Shown piece after piece: positions 51,594 through 61,224 of a stretch of 64,000 bases of DNA. Position 1 is the first letter of the stretch. Every line of letters starts with the position of its first letter. The position numbers and the translations under genes are program-made. The stretch spans positions 1,856,001 to 1,920,000 of the forward strand of contig CBDBBI010000010.1 in NCBI GenBank assembly GCA_965202625.1. The letters run 5' to 3'. The DNA comes from a bacterium (GTDB lineage Bacteria > UBA8248). Under the pieces are notes generated by a model. That model did not search any database, was not told where the DNA came from, and saw only the letters and a program-made list of their open reading frames with translations.

Positions 51594-52628
51594 ATGCGCA
51601 AGGACGCCGCCGGCGATCAGAATTTGAGGGGAATGACGCTCGAGCGTCACATTCGTGAGGAGGAGCGAAACTACCCGGGTGCGCGGGGACTCTTCACCCG
51701 CCTCGTCACGCAAATCACCCTCGCCGCCAAGATCATCAACGCCGAGGTCAACAAGGCGGGACTGGTGGACATTCTGGGGCTGACCGGTCAGATCAACACG
51801 CAGGGGGAGGAGGTTCAAAAACTCGACGAATACGCCAACGAAGTGATACGAAGGGCACTCGACCATACCGGCTCCGTGGCCGCCCTGGCGAGCGAGGAGA
51901 TGGCGGACGTCTACGTCGTCCCCGGCGAACACGTGGAGGGGGGCGAATACGTGGTACTCTATGATCCGCTGGACGGATCCTCGAACATCGACGTGAACGT
52001 GAGCATCGGAACGATATTCTCCATTCTGCATCGCACGAGCCGGGGCAAGGCACCGAAACTCGACGACTTCCTCCAGCCGGGCCTCTCCCAGATTTGCGCG
52101 GGCTACGTCATCTACGGATCGTCCACCATGCTGGTATACACCACCGGCAACGGCGTGGACGGTTTCACCCTCGACCCCTCGGTGGGCGAGTTCTTTCTCT
52201 CCCATTCCGGCATCCGGATTCCCGAGCGGGGGAGCATCTACAGCATCAACGAGGGCAACTTCTCAAAATGGGAAGATTCCGTAGCACGCTACGTCGCACA
52301 CTTAAAAACGGAGGACGCCGAATCAGGCCGGCCCTACTCGGGGCGCTACATCGGCTCGCTGGTGGCCGACTTCCACAGGAACCTCCTCAAGGGCGGCGTA
52401 TTCCTCTACCCGGGCGACAGGAAAAACCCCAACGGCAAACTGCGCCTCCTCTATGAGTGCAATCCCATGTCCTTCATCGCCGAGCAGGCCGGCGGCGCGG
52501 CGAGCGACGGCCGCCGGAGGGTGATGGAAATCTGCCCCGAAAAGCTTCATCAGCGCGTTCCTTTCATCGTCGGAAGCAAGCGCGACGTCGCCGACGCCGC
52601 CCGCTTCCTCTCCAGGGGGGAAAATTAA
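51594..52628 (+). CDS. fbp: Fructose-1,6-bisphosphatase class 1
   Basis: GE.VQKLD, SEE, DPLDGSSNID, RYIGSLVAD.HR.L and GKLRLLYEC.P. Confidence 0.96.
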   Translation: MRKDAAGDQNLRGMTLERHIREEERNYPGARGLFTRLVTQITLAAKIINAEVNKAGLVDILGLTGQINTQGEEVQKLDEYANEVIRRALDHTGSVAALASEEMADVYVVPGEHVEGGEYVVLYDPLDGSSNIDVNVSIGTIFSILHRTSRGKAPKLDDFLQPGLSQICAGYVIYGSSTMLVYTTGNGVDGFTLDPSVGEFFLSHSGIRIPERGSIYSINEGNFSKWEDSVARYVAHLKTEDAESGRPYSGRYIGSLVADFHRNLLKGGVFLYPGDRKNPNGKLRLLYECNPMSFIAEQAGGAASDGRRRVMEICPEKLHQRVPFIVGSKRDVADAARFLSRGEN

Positions 52629-53528
52629 ATGCAGACCTATCGCCTCGCTTTCCTACTCCTCACCGCCTCTCTGCTCGCCGGCTGCGTAGGCATCGAAGCT
52701 TACGAGCGCAAGGCGGACGAGGCCGCCTCCCTCAGACGAGAAATTGACGCCGGCCAACGCGAGATTCAGACGCTTCGCCAAGAAACGGAAAGACTCCAAA
52801 CGCAGATCGAGCAGAAGGACGTGGAAAACCAGGAACTCGCCCAGTCTCTCACCATGTCCAGGCGCCACAACCAGCAAATAGAGACGCGCGTGGCGGACCT
52901 CCGCGCGCGCGAGTCCGACCAGCGCAGCCAGAAGGAGGAGAGCGCCACGAAAGCCATGCGCCTTCAGCGCTCCTACGAGACGACTCGCGCGGAGGTGCAA
53001 AAGCTGAAGAAAGAGAGGGTCAACCTGAGAGCGAAGCTTGCGCGCTTTGAGGACAAGATTCGCTTTCAGGCGGAGATGGAAAAGGACATAAAGGCCCAGC
53101 TGTTAAGAGAGCGCCAGCAGGGAATCATGCGCGTGCGCCGCTCCGGCGATCGGGTGGTGATCAGCATCGAGAGCCTCATCCTCTTCAAATCCGGCAGCGC
53201 CAAAATCCGCACCGACGGCAAGGCGCTGCTCATCAAGCTCTCCAGACTCTTGCGCCGCTACGCCAACCGCGAGGTGCAGGTGCAGGGACACACCGACAAC
53301 CTGCAGATATCCGATCGGCTGGCGGAGCGATGGGAGACGAACTGGGAGCTTTCCGCCGCGCGCGCCACGCGCGTGCTGCGCTACTTCGTCGAGGAGGGAA
53401 ACCTCGACCCGCGCCGGGCGTCGGCGGCCGGCATGGGCGAGTTCCGTCCCATCACCTCGAACGACACGCGGGGAGGACGCCGGAGGAACCGCCGACTCGA
53501 AATCCTCATGTTCCCTCCGGATTCCTAA
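52629..53528 (+). CDS. OmpA/MotB family lipoprotein with coiled coil
   Basis: Lipobox LAGC; LF.SGSA, GHTDN, NWELS..RA and NRR.EI. Confidence 0.88.
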   Translation: MQTYRLAFLLLTASLLAGCVGIEAYERKADEAASLRREIDAGQREIQTLRQETERLQTQIEQKDVENQELAQSLTMSRRHNQQIETRVADLRARESDQRSQKEESATKAMRLQRSYETTRAEVQKLKKERVNLRAKLARFEDKIRFQAEMEKDIKAQLLRERQQGIMRVRRSGDRVVISIESLILFKSGSAKIRTDGKALLIKLSRLLRRYANREVQVQGHTDNLQISDRLAERWETNWELSAARATRVLRYFVEEGNLDPRRASAAGMGEFRPITSNDTRGGRRRNRRLEILMFPPDS

Positions 53529-53567
53529 GCGAAGCCGCTCCTTCGCCCCCCAGGAAAGGACGCTTCC

Positions 53568-54230
53568 TTGATCGTCGAGCGAATACCCGTCGGCCCCTTT
53601 CAGATGAACAGCTATCTCCTGGGCTGCGAGGAGACGGGGGAGGGCGCCTACGTTGATCCCGGCGCCGAGGTGGAGCGCGTCATCGCGCGCGCGGGGGAGC
53701 GCGGCCTCACCCTCGTCAAGATCATCGGCACCCACGCACACCTCGATCATGCCGAGGGCGTCGCCGAGGCGAAGGAGAGGCTCGGGGCGCCCTACTGGCT
53801 CCACGAGGCGGAACTCCACAACTTGCGCAACATGCCGAACGCGGCGCGCGCCTACGGCTTTCCCGTCCCGAGAGTTCCCGAGGTGGACGCGCACCTCGTC
53901 GCCGGCGAGACGATCTCGGTGGGAAACCTCGAATTCGAGATCAGGCTCGTGGACGGGCACGCCCCCGGCAACGTCGCGCTCTACCGGCCCGGACGGGGGA
54001 ACGCGCCGGGCCACGTCATCGTCGGCGACGCCCTGTTCGCCGGCTCGGTCGGACGAACCGACCTCTACAAGGGCGACGCCGGCGTCCTGCTGAGCGGCGT
54101 CCGCGCGCAGCTGCTCACGCTTCCGCCCGAGACGGTCGTCCACCCGGGCCATGGTCCGGAAACCACGATCGGACATGAGAAAGCCACCAACCCCTTTTGC
54201 CAGCCCGGAGCGGAAGGGCTTCCGGCTTGA
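53568..54230 (+). CDS. MBL-fold metallo-hydrolase (glyoxalase II-like)
   Basis: THAHLDH, GH.PG, GD.LF.GS.GRTD and PGHGP.TT...E...NPF. Confidence 0.92.
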   Translation: MIVERIPVGPFQMNSYLLGCEETGEGAYVDPGAEVERVIARAGERGLTLVKIIGTHAHLDHAEGVAEAKERLGAPYWLHEAELHNLRNMPNAARAYGFPVPRVPEVDAHLVAGETISVGNLEFEIRLVDGHAPGNVALYRPGRGNAPGHVIVGDALFAGSVGRTDLYKGDAGVLLSGVRAQLLTLPPETVVHPGHGPETTIGHEKATNPFCQPGAEGLPA

Positions 54231-54778
54231 GCGCGGACGCCCCGAATGCCCATCCCCATCTGGGGGGAGCGGTCAGGTTCTGCGTCGTCTGCGGGAGTCC
54301 GCTCACCCTCCGCCGTTGGACGGAGGGGGACGGCGCCATGCAGCTGTGCTGCAGCGGCGTCAAGTGCGCCCACGTTCACTTTCTCGATCCGAAGGTGGCG
54401 GCGGGCGTCATCGCCACCATTCAGGGAGGCGCGGTGCTCGTGCGGCGCGCCCACAACCCCGGCAAGGGGCTCTGGACGTTTCCGGGCGGCTTCGTGAACA
54501 GGGGAGAGGTCGTCCCCGCCGCCGCCGCGCGCGAGGCGCGCGAGGAGGCGGGCGTCAAGGTGGCGGTGGACGCTCTGCTGGGAGTCTATTCGTTCAAGGA
54601 AAACCCCACCGTGCTCATCGTCTATACGGGAGCGGTGACGGCCGGTGCGCCGCGCCCCCTGGCGGAGACCACAGAGGTCAAGATCGTCTCGCCTGAGGAA
54701 ATCGACTTTGCGGAGCTCGCGTTCGACGCCACCCGCGCCGCCATGCGCGACTGGCGGGAGCGCGTGCGGGGCGGATGA
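54227..54778 (+). CDS. NUDIX hydrolase with N-terminal zinc ribbon
   Basis: FC..CG, P.V and PGGF...GE....AA.RE.REEAG. Confidence 0.88.
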   Translation: MSADAPNAHPHLGGAVRFCVVCGSPLTLRRWTEGDGAMQLCCSGVKCAHVHFLDPKVAAGVIATIQGGAVLVRRAHNPGKGLWTFPGGFVNRGEVVPAAAAREAREEAGVKVAVDALLGVYSFKENPTVLIVYTGAVTAGAPRPLAETTEVKIVSPEEIDFAELAFDATRAAMRDWRERVRGG

Positions 54779-55053
54779 ACGCCAAGAGCGGCACGCCCGG
54801 AATCGACGCAGCTCCTCGAAGGAGGGAAAGCCGCGCGTCCGCGCGCCATATTTGCGGAAACGGGCGCGAGGCGCAGCGGGACAGCGATATCGTATGTTGG
54901 GGCGAAGCCGGCGAACCAACCGTCTATTTTCAACGTAAAACGGCTCAAAAATGGATTCTACGCATAGATGCTCTCCGCCGTTCACGCGGAGATTTTCAGG
55001 GTGAATGATTTCGTGCGGCGGTTCTACGGGTAAGGTCCCGCGCCCGCCCGGGG

Positions 55054-58000
55054 CTACGCCCGCAGCGACGCGAGCGTCTCCACCCAGAGTTTCAGGTTGC
55101 GCTCGGCGCGCGCCTTGTCCGTCAGCCGCTTGCTGGAGTGGGCCACGTATTCGTTGCGAAAATTGTTCACCTTCGCGATGCGCTCCAGCAGTTTGTTCGC
55201 CTCCGGCAACGAGCGGAACGCCCCGCGCGCGGCGGCGAACACGCCGTCGAGCTTCGGGTCGTCTTTCAGCGCATAGTCGAGGCAGGAGCGCAGCAGGCCG
55301 ATCACGGAAAACGGATTGCCGTAGAGCAGCCCGCGCTTCAATTTTTTCGCCATTTCCCGATAATGCGCGCGCGCTCTTTCGTCTATGTTCCCCCAATGCG
55401 GATCGAACCATGCTTCCTGTTCATGCCGGTTTGTGGGAACCTTGTCGCACAAGCGAATCAGAATCATGGCCTTGCAGGCGTCATCCAGCGGCCCCAGCAG
55501 GGCGGTGAATACGGGGGAGAGATTGGGCGCGTCTTTTTTTCGCTCGAAAAACCGGTAAAGCTCCAGTGCATCCGTCGCCGCCCTCCTCTCCCGCTCTCCC
55601 AGCCTTCCGAACGTCTCCGCCGAGAAGAAACTCTCCGCGTCCGTCTCCTCCCGGGCGAAGAAGGGCAATTCCGGCGCATCCGTCGCCTCGCTCAGCAGAT
55701 TTTGCAGCGCGGGTGCGCAGGAACGCACGAGAGCGTCGAAACGGTTGCTCGTCAACCTCTCCATCACATTCTGGGGAGTGAAGACGTATTCCCACTTGAC
55801 GCCGCTCGAGGCGGCGGCGCGGCACCACTCCATCGCCGCGCGCGCCTTGCGCGACACGTCCGCGTCCTGCCTTCCCTTGGTTTCCACCAGATAATGCGCG
55901 CCGTCCTCCATTCGCACGAAAAAATCCGGCGTATAGAATGCGAGCCGTTGCGCGCGCGTGAGATAGTCAATCCGCAACGCCTGGGGGCCGGCGTTCTTGG
56001 CGAACGCCGCCACGTCCGGAGCGGCGTCAAGAAAGGCCGTCATCGCCACTTCAAGCGACTGGTTGCAGGGCGTGAGATTGAAAAGCGTCTTGTCAGCGCG
56101 CACAACGGGCCGCCGCTCGGAGCTCGTCGCCTGATAGGGCTTCCAGTCGCGCAGGGACGTCCCGCCCCCACCGGCGCGGCGTTTTTTCGTCCGGGTCGTT
56201 CGCGCGCGAATGAGCGGAACGAAGACGGCGCGAATGTGCTCGCGCACGTCCTGATCGGCAAGGCGCGCGGTGAGACGCGGATTGGTCAGGCTCACCTTCT
56301 CGCCGAACAGAATCTCGCCCAGAAAAACTTCCAGCAGCGGGGCGAGGACGGCGTGCGTGCTGCGCACCTTGCAGGCGATCTCCAGCTCAAGGACGTAAAA
56401 CGATATCGCGGTGAAACCGTTCGCGAGCAACTCCAAGCGGACCTCCATCCGCTCGACCACCTCGTCGGTGAACAGATGGCGTCCCTCGTATTTGACCTCG
56501 CGCGCTTCCCCGCGTCCAAGCGGCAGGGAGCGCAAGGGTGCGGCCGCGTTCCGCACGTCCTGGACGGAGAGGTTCTCCAGCGTAGGCTGTATTTTGTGGG
56601 CCGCCGTCAGCGCGGGCAAAACGACGTCGAGCGCATCCCCATCCTTGTGCTCATCCGGAAAAATCGAGACCGTGGTGGCCGGAACCTTATCCGCGTCCGT
56701 CTCTCCTATCGGCAGGCCCTCCTGCTCGAGTTGTTCCTTATACAGACTCGTGAAGGCCGGATGCTCCACCACGACGACCAACTCGTCCGCCCCTCCGGTT
56801 CCGGGCGGCGTCATGCGGCGCAGCCCGCGCCCGAGCGTCTGCTCGGGCAAGATGTTCGCCTGCGCACTGTATGGCCGCAGCGGCACGATGGTGGTGACGT
56901 TGCGCACGTCCCAGCCCTCGCGCAGCATGAGCACGGAAACGATGCAGGCGTAGCGGCTTTCATCGCTGTCCAGCTCCCGGCTGATGCGCCGAAGCGCCTT
57001 GAGGTCCTCATCGCTTATCTGTCTTTCGCTCTCCTCGAAAACGCGTATCTTTTGCCCGCCAACCTCCTTGTTCCTGATTCTTCCCTTGAGATTCGTGTGC
57101 AGGTTGATCGTCTTACCGTTCAGCTCTTTGAAGATCGCGTCGCCGTTCAGCCGACGGGTTATATCGTCCGCCGCCTTGGTGTCCTCGCACATGACGAACA
57201 GCAGGGGTCTCTTGCCGCTCTTCGCCCACTCGTTCCGGCTGTGCCGCCACCGTTCGTAACCGAGGCGCAGATGCGCCTCGTAGCGATAGGCGGCGTCCTC
57301 ATGCGGCTGCTCAACCAGATCGGGCGTGCGGCCGATGATGGGCGTTTTGACAATGCCGGCGTCCACCGCCTCGCCGAGCGGCGTATCGCAGACGACGTGC
57401 GGAAAAAAATAGCCCTTGTTGTCTTTGGGCGTCGCCGAAAAATCCATCTGGGCGACCAGGCCGCCCGCGCGACTGGCCAGTGCTCTGTGAAGCGCGCGTA
57501 TCGCCCCGCTCCACGCCGAGCCCGGATCCCAGACGTGATGCGCCTCGTCGTTCAGCAGCATCACCCGCCGATGGGAAGTAATGCGCTCGCGCAGCTTCGC
57601 ACCGGTATCGAGTGCGCTCGCTCTCGACACGGACGGCCCGGCCCAAGGGTGGGTTTCGGCGTCCCTCCGGCCGCTCCGGCGCTCCTCGAAGAGGCGGTGC
57701 ACGTTGGTGAGGTAGAGTGCGCCTCCGGTCGTCGCCCCGCCCGCCTCATCCTGCAGGATGACCGAGAAATTCCAGTCCCCGCGCCATTCGGGCGGAATGA
57801 GCGGATCCTTCAGGAAGATGTCCGGGCCGCCGCCCTCAGGCCGAAAATCCTCCTTCAGACGCTCGAACACAGTCAGGTTCGGGGCGATGACGAGGAAATG
57901 CCGTGCCATGTCCGATCCGCTTTCTCTCAGAGCGTGAAAATAGCTCCAGACGATGGCGAGGCTCATGCACTTTGTCTTGCCCGCTCCGGTCGCCAGCTTG

Positions 58001-58452
58001 AAGGCGTAGCGCGGCCATTCGTCCTCCTCGGAGCTGACGCCGTAAGCGTCGTTTTCCGCGCCCGCCCCTCCGAACTCGCAGATGAGGGAGGAGAGCGAGC
58101 GGAGGCGGCGCACCTCCATCAGATAGACGAAGGTCTCTATCGCCTCACGCTGACAGAAATAGTAGCGAAACGCGGCTTCCGCCCCATCCGTCTCCATGAT
58201 GCGATGCGGACGCCCGAACCAGTGGTTGAGCAGGGCGCGCGTGGTGCCGCTGGCGCCGACATAGCCCGACTCCCGCCATTCCTTGACGAGTGCGCGCAGT
58301 GGATCGACGAGCCTGTTCGGTGAGGGGCGCCGGTAGGTCTTGATCTCCGCCGGATGCCCCTCCGCCGCGCGGACCCGGTGCTTGTCCGGCTCCTCCCAGG
58401 GGGCGAAAAGGGGCGCCGCAGCGGCAGGGTTGACGACCGGCGTTGGGTTCAT
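55054..58452 (-). CDS. Type III restriction enzyme Res-like subunit (SF2 helicase + PD-(D/E)XK nuclease + C-terminal extension)
   Basis: LATGAGKT, NDEAHH, FSATP, LREGWD, EQ..GRGLR and YTPDF....ETKG. Confidence 0.88.
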   Translation of the reverse strand: MNPTPVVNPAAAAPLFAPWEEPDKHRVRAAEGHPAEIKTYRRPSPNRLVDPLRALVKEWRESGYVGASGTTRALLNHWFGRPHRIMETDGAEAAFRYYFCQREAIETFVYLMEVRRLRSLSSLICEFGGAGAENDAYGVSSEEDEWPRYAFKLATGAGKTKCMSLAIVWSYFHALRESGSDMARHFLVIAPNLTVFERLKEDFRPEGGGPDIFLKDPLIPPEWRGDWNFSVILQDEAGGATTGGALYLTNVHRLFEERRSGRRDAETHPWAGPSVSRASALDTGAKLRERITSHRRVMLLNDEAHHVWDPGSAWSGAIRALHRALASRAGGLVAQMDFSATPKDNKGYFFPHVVCDTPLGEAVDAGIVKTPIIGRTPDLVEQPHEDAAYRYEAHLRLGYERWRHSRNEWAKSGKRPLLFVMCEDTKAADDITRRLNGDAIFKELNGKTINLHTNLKGRIRNKEVGGQKIRVFEESERQISDEDLKALRRISRELDSDESRYACIVSVLMLREGWDVRNVTTIVPLRPYSAQANILPEQTLGRGLRRMTPPGTGGADELVVVVEHPAFTSLYKEQLEQEGLPIGETDADKVPATTVSIFPDEHKDGDALDVVLPALTAAHKIQPTLENLSVQDVRNAAAPLRSLPLGRGEAREVKYEGRHLFTDEVVERMEVRLELLANGFTAISFYVLELEIACKVRSTHAVLAPLLEVFLGEILFGEKVSLTNPRLTARLADQDVREHIRAVFVPLIRARTTRTKKRRAGGGGTSLRDWKPYQATSSERRPVVRADKTLFNLTPCNQSLEVAMTAFLDAAPDVAAFAKNAGPQALRIDYLTRAQRLAFYTPDFFVRMEDGAHYLVETKGRQDADVSRKARAAMEWCRAAASSGVKWEYVFTPQNVMERLTSNRFDALVRSCAPALQNLLSEATDAPELPFFAREETDAESFFSAETFGRLGERERRAATDALELYRFFERKKDAPNLSPVFTALLGPLDDACKAMILIRLCDKVPTNRHEQEAWFDPHWGNIDERARAHYREMAKKLKRGLLYGNPFSVIGLLRSCLDYALKDDPKLDGVFAAARGAFRSLPEANKLLERIAKVNNFRNEYVAHSSKRLTDKARAERNLKLWVETLASLRA

Positions 58453-60461
58453 ACCTGCACCTCGAGAGTGATGCTGGTATCGCAGCCGAACACGTCCACC
58501 ACTTTAATGCAGGCGGTGTGCCTGCCTGCGCTCTCGTAGGAGAAGTGCGCGTCGCTCACCGTCTTGAGGCTTCTGTCCTTTCGCGTGCGGTAGTCCTGCC
58601 AGTGGTGGTGGAAGGGCTGGCCCGGCGCCCAATCAAAATCAACCGCCCAGAAGTCGATGAAGTCAAACCCGTTTTCAACCGCCCGCTCCTCGAGCGCCTC
58701 CAGTTCTTTGGCGGGAACCTCCGTCAGAGAGGGAATGAAGCGGGTGAGCTTCACGTCGGTCGTCTCGTCTTTCCGGATAACCTGCTCGGCGGTGAGTGCC
58801 GCCATCTCGTAAAACGGCGGAATTTCCACCCGGTTCTTTTCCATGATCTCTCTGGGAATGCGGCGCAGGCGCATTTTGAGGTCGAGCTCCGCCTCTATGG
58901 CGGCGACGGATTGATGGACGTCCATCTCGAAATCCCATGCCAGGCAGTTCACCTCGCGCCCGCCCGCCGCCTTGGCGGCTTTGGCGACTTCCGCCGCCTC
59001 CTCCCTCGTGAAAATGCCGTCGATGCCGTCCACGTGAACGAAGGCGCCGCCTTTTCGCCCATGTATGAGCGGAGAGGGCGCGTCGTTCAGAATTTCCGCG
59101 CGGAAGAACTTGAGGACGAGGGCGCGGTGCTCCCCATCCGCCCCGTTCAGGGTCTCGCGCTGCCACCACTGCCGCTCGTAGCGGCCGAGGTTATACACGT
59201 CGAAGGAGCGATAGGGCCTGTCCTCCCTATACACCTCCCGCTGAATCCCTATCATGCGCTTGCGCGTCGTGTGAACGGCGAAGCGCCCGAAATCCGCGCA
59301 TATCCACCGGCGGCCCAGCTTCTCCGCAACCGCCGCCGTCGTGCCCGAACCGCAAAAGAAATCCGCCACCAGATCCCCCTCGTTCGACGACGCTTTCATC
59401 ATGCGTTCAAGGAGGGCTTCCGGCTTTTGGGTCGGGTAGTCAAGGTATTCATTGCCCTGAGTCGCCCTCACGTCAACCCAGACATCACGGCATCTCACAC
59501 CCTTTCCCATGTATAGCTTACGTCCTGGAACCTTGCCCTTTGCAATGATTAATTCACCGTTTTCAATCCAGCGGAGAGCCGTCTCCAAAGGCATTCGGTA
59601 GCCCCCCGATGGCGCTTTTTCACCATATCCTAAATCATAGACGTAGCCTCCACCCCCAGGGTTATCTATTGGCCGCACTTCGGATATCGTCCCTTTTCAT
59701 CAGAATAACGATACAGTTTTTGACTTGCGTCACTGTATTCTTGAAATACATCGTTCCACCGTAGTCCGCCTTTGCGGTAGAAGAAAATTGTTTCGTGGGA
59801 TTTTAAACTTCTTGTTCTTAGATGCGTATCCACCAACTGCGCCGTATGCCAGATAACCTCGTTCTGAAACAAAATTTTCCTTGCCAAAAACTTCATCCAA
59901 AACGTTTCGCAAATAACCACTCACCCGCCAGTCGCAATGCACATAGATGCTTCCGTCCTCGGCGAGCAGTTCCCGCATGAGAGCCAGACGCTCGGACATC
60001 ATGGCGAGGTAGGAGTCCGTCCCCTTTCCCCACGTGTCCCGATATGCGACGAACTCCAGCAGGGATTGCTCCTTGGCGACCGCCTCCCTCCCCTCTCCTA
60101 TCCCCGCCTGAAAGGTGAAGTCCGCGCCCACGTCGAAGGGCGGGTCGATGTAGATGAGGCGTATCTTCCCCCGGAACTCCTCCAGCAGGGAGGCCATCAC
60201 CAGCCTGTTGTCCCCCCAGATGAGGCGGTTTCTGAAACCATCCCGGTGGGCGCGCCCCGCATCGAACAACTCGCCCTGGGCCGCCGCGCGCGAGCGGGGC
60301 TCGTCTATCGTCTCTATCTTCTGAAACGGCATGGCGCGGCCGGCGACGTCCGCCTCCCGACGGTTGCCGAACTCGTCGTATTTCCCCTCCCAGACGAGCT
60401 CCGTCTTCATCCGGAAGAGCGGATGCGGATTGTGCGGGCCAAAAGCGGGCTTGTCGCTCAT
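58449..60461 (-). pseudogene. Type III Mod-like DNA methyltransferase with internal frameshifts
   Basis: IYIDPPF (ORF 59730-60461), NEVIW..HETIFFY (ORF 59666-59920), and YPTQKPE.LL.R plus DFFCGSGTT (ORF 58449-59678); ATGA overlap with res. Confidence 0.85.
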
Positions 60462-60667
60462 GGAAAACGAATCTCGCTTGCGGAATCATTCAGGGGATAC
60501 ACCAGCAGAGGATAGCACGACGCGCATTTCGGCGGAAACGGTGTAACCGGACAAAAATCATTGCGCATGGCCTGGAAAAATAGCGGATTTTCCGGAGCGT
60601 AAAACGCCCGGAAAAAGAACGTTGAAAAAACCTCTCAAAGCAGGTCGTCGGGGGCGACGGCGTCCTC

Positions 60668-60688
60668 GTCATTCCGGCGAAAGCCGGA
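60668..60688. repeat. REP-like palindrome GTCATTCCGGCGAAAGCCGGA
   Basis: TCCGGC-GAAA-GCCGGA hairpin with a GTCAT leader; single copy in the window. Confidence 0.4.
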
Positions 60689-60794
60689 GGGGCGGCAATC
60701 TTTCGGGCAGGCATCCCTCCCCTTCGCGTTCCTTCCCTTCGCGCGCGACCCCAAACAAGGCGGCCAGATACGCGGCGCATCGCGCCGATATTCG

Positions 60795-60880
60795 CTGGCT
60801 TCCGACGAGTGCCACACCTTCCACAACGACTCGGAGGAGACGATGGAGTTCGTCTGCATGATTCCCGTGAGCGCGACCAG
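60795..60880 (+). pseudogene. Cupin C-terminal remnant
   Basis: Reads LASDECHTFHNDSEETMEFVCMIP, like cupin motif 2; no N-terminal part seen. Confidence 0.4.
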
Positions 60881-61224
60881 GGCGCATGACCATGAAAGGG
60901 TGCGGCCTTCCGCCCCTCCGCCAGTATAACCCTATATGTTGGACTGAAGCCCAAGGGCACATACAATAAGTAGAATATACCCCTTCCCAGGGGAGCGCCT
61001 TGATGAAAGAATCGTTTTTTATTTCTATAAATGATTAAATATCAAATATTTATGACAATTATCACATAAATTGTTTCAGATTATCCTTTCGCCCGCAAAA
61101 TTTTTCACGCAAAAAATCAATAAATACAACAAGATACAGGCATAAGCAAAAAACAACTTGAAATATATCCCGACCCTTTGCTAAGTTTGGCGGCATCCCA
61201 GTCCTTTCCCTCTTGGGTGGCAAA

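Noticed and set aside
52629-53528. Flagellar stator motB
   Set aside because: Lipoprotein signal and no adjacent motA; better called an OmpA/MotB-family lipoprotein
55138-58323. 1061-aa antisense ORF (also 14928-15998, 19537-20712, 38819-39877, 48291-49763, 51156-52205)
   Set aside because: Shadow frames of real genes in GC-rich DNA; no recognisable motifs
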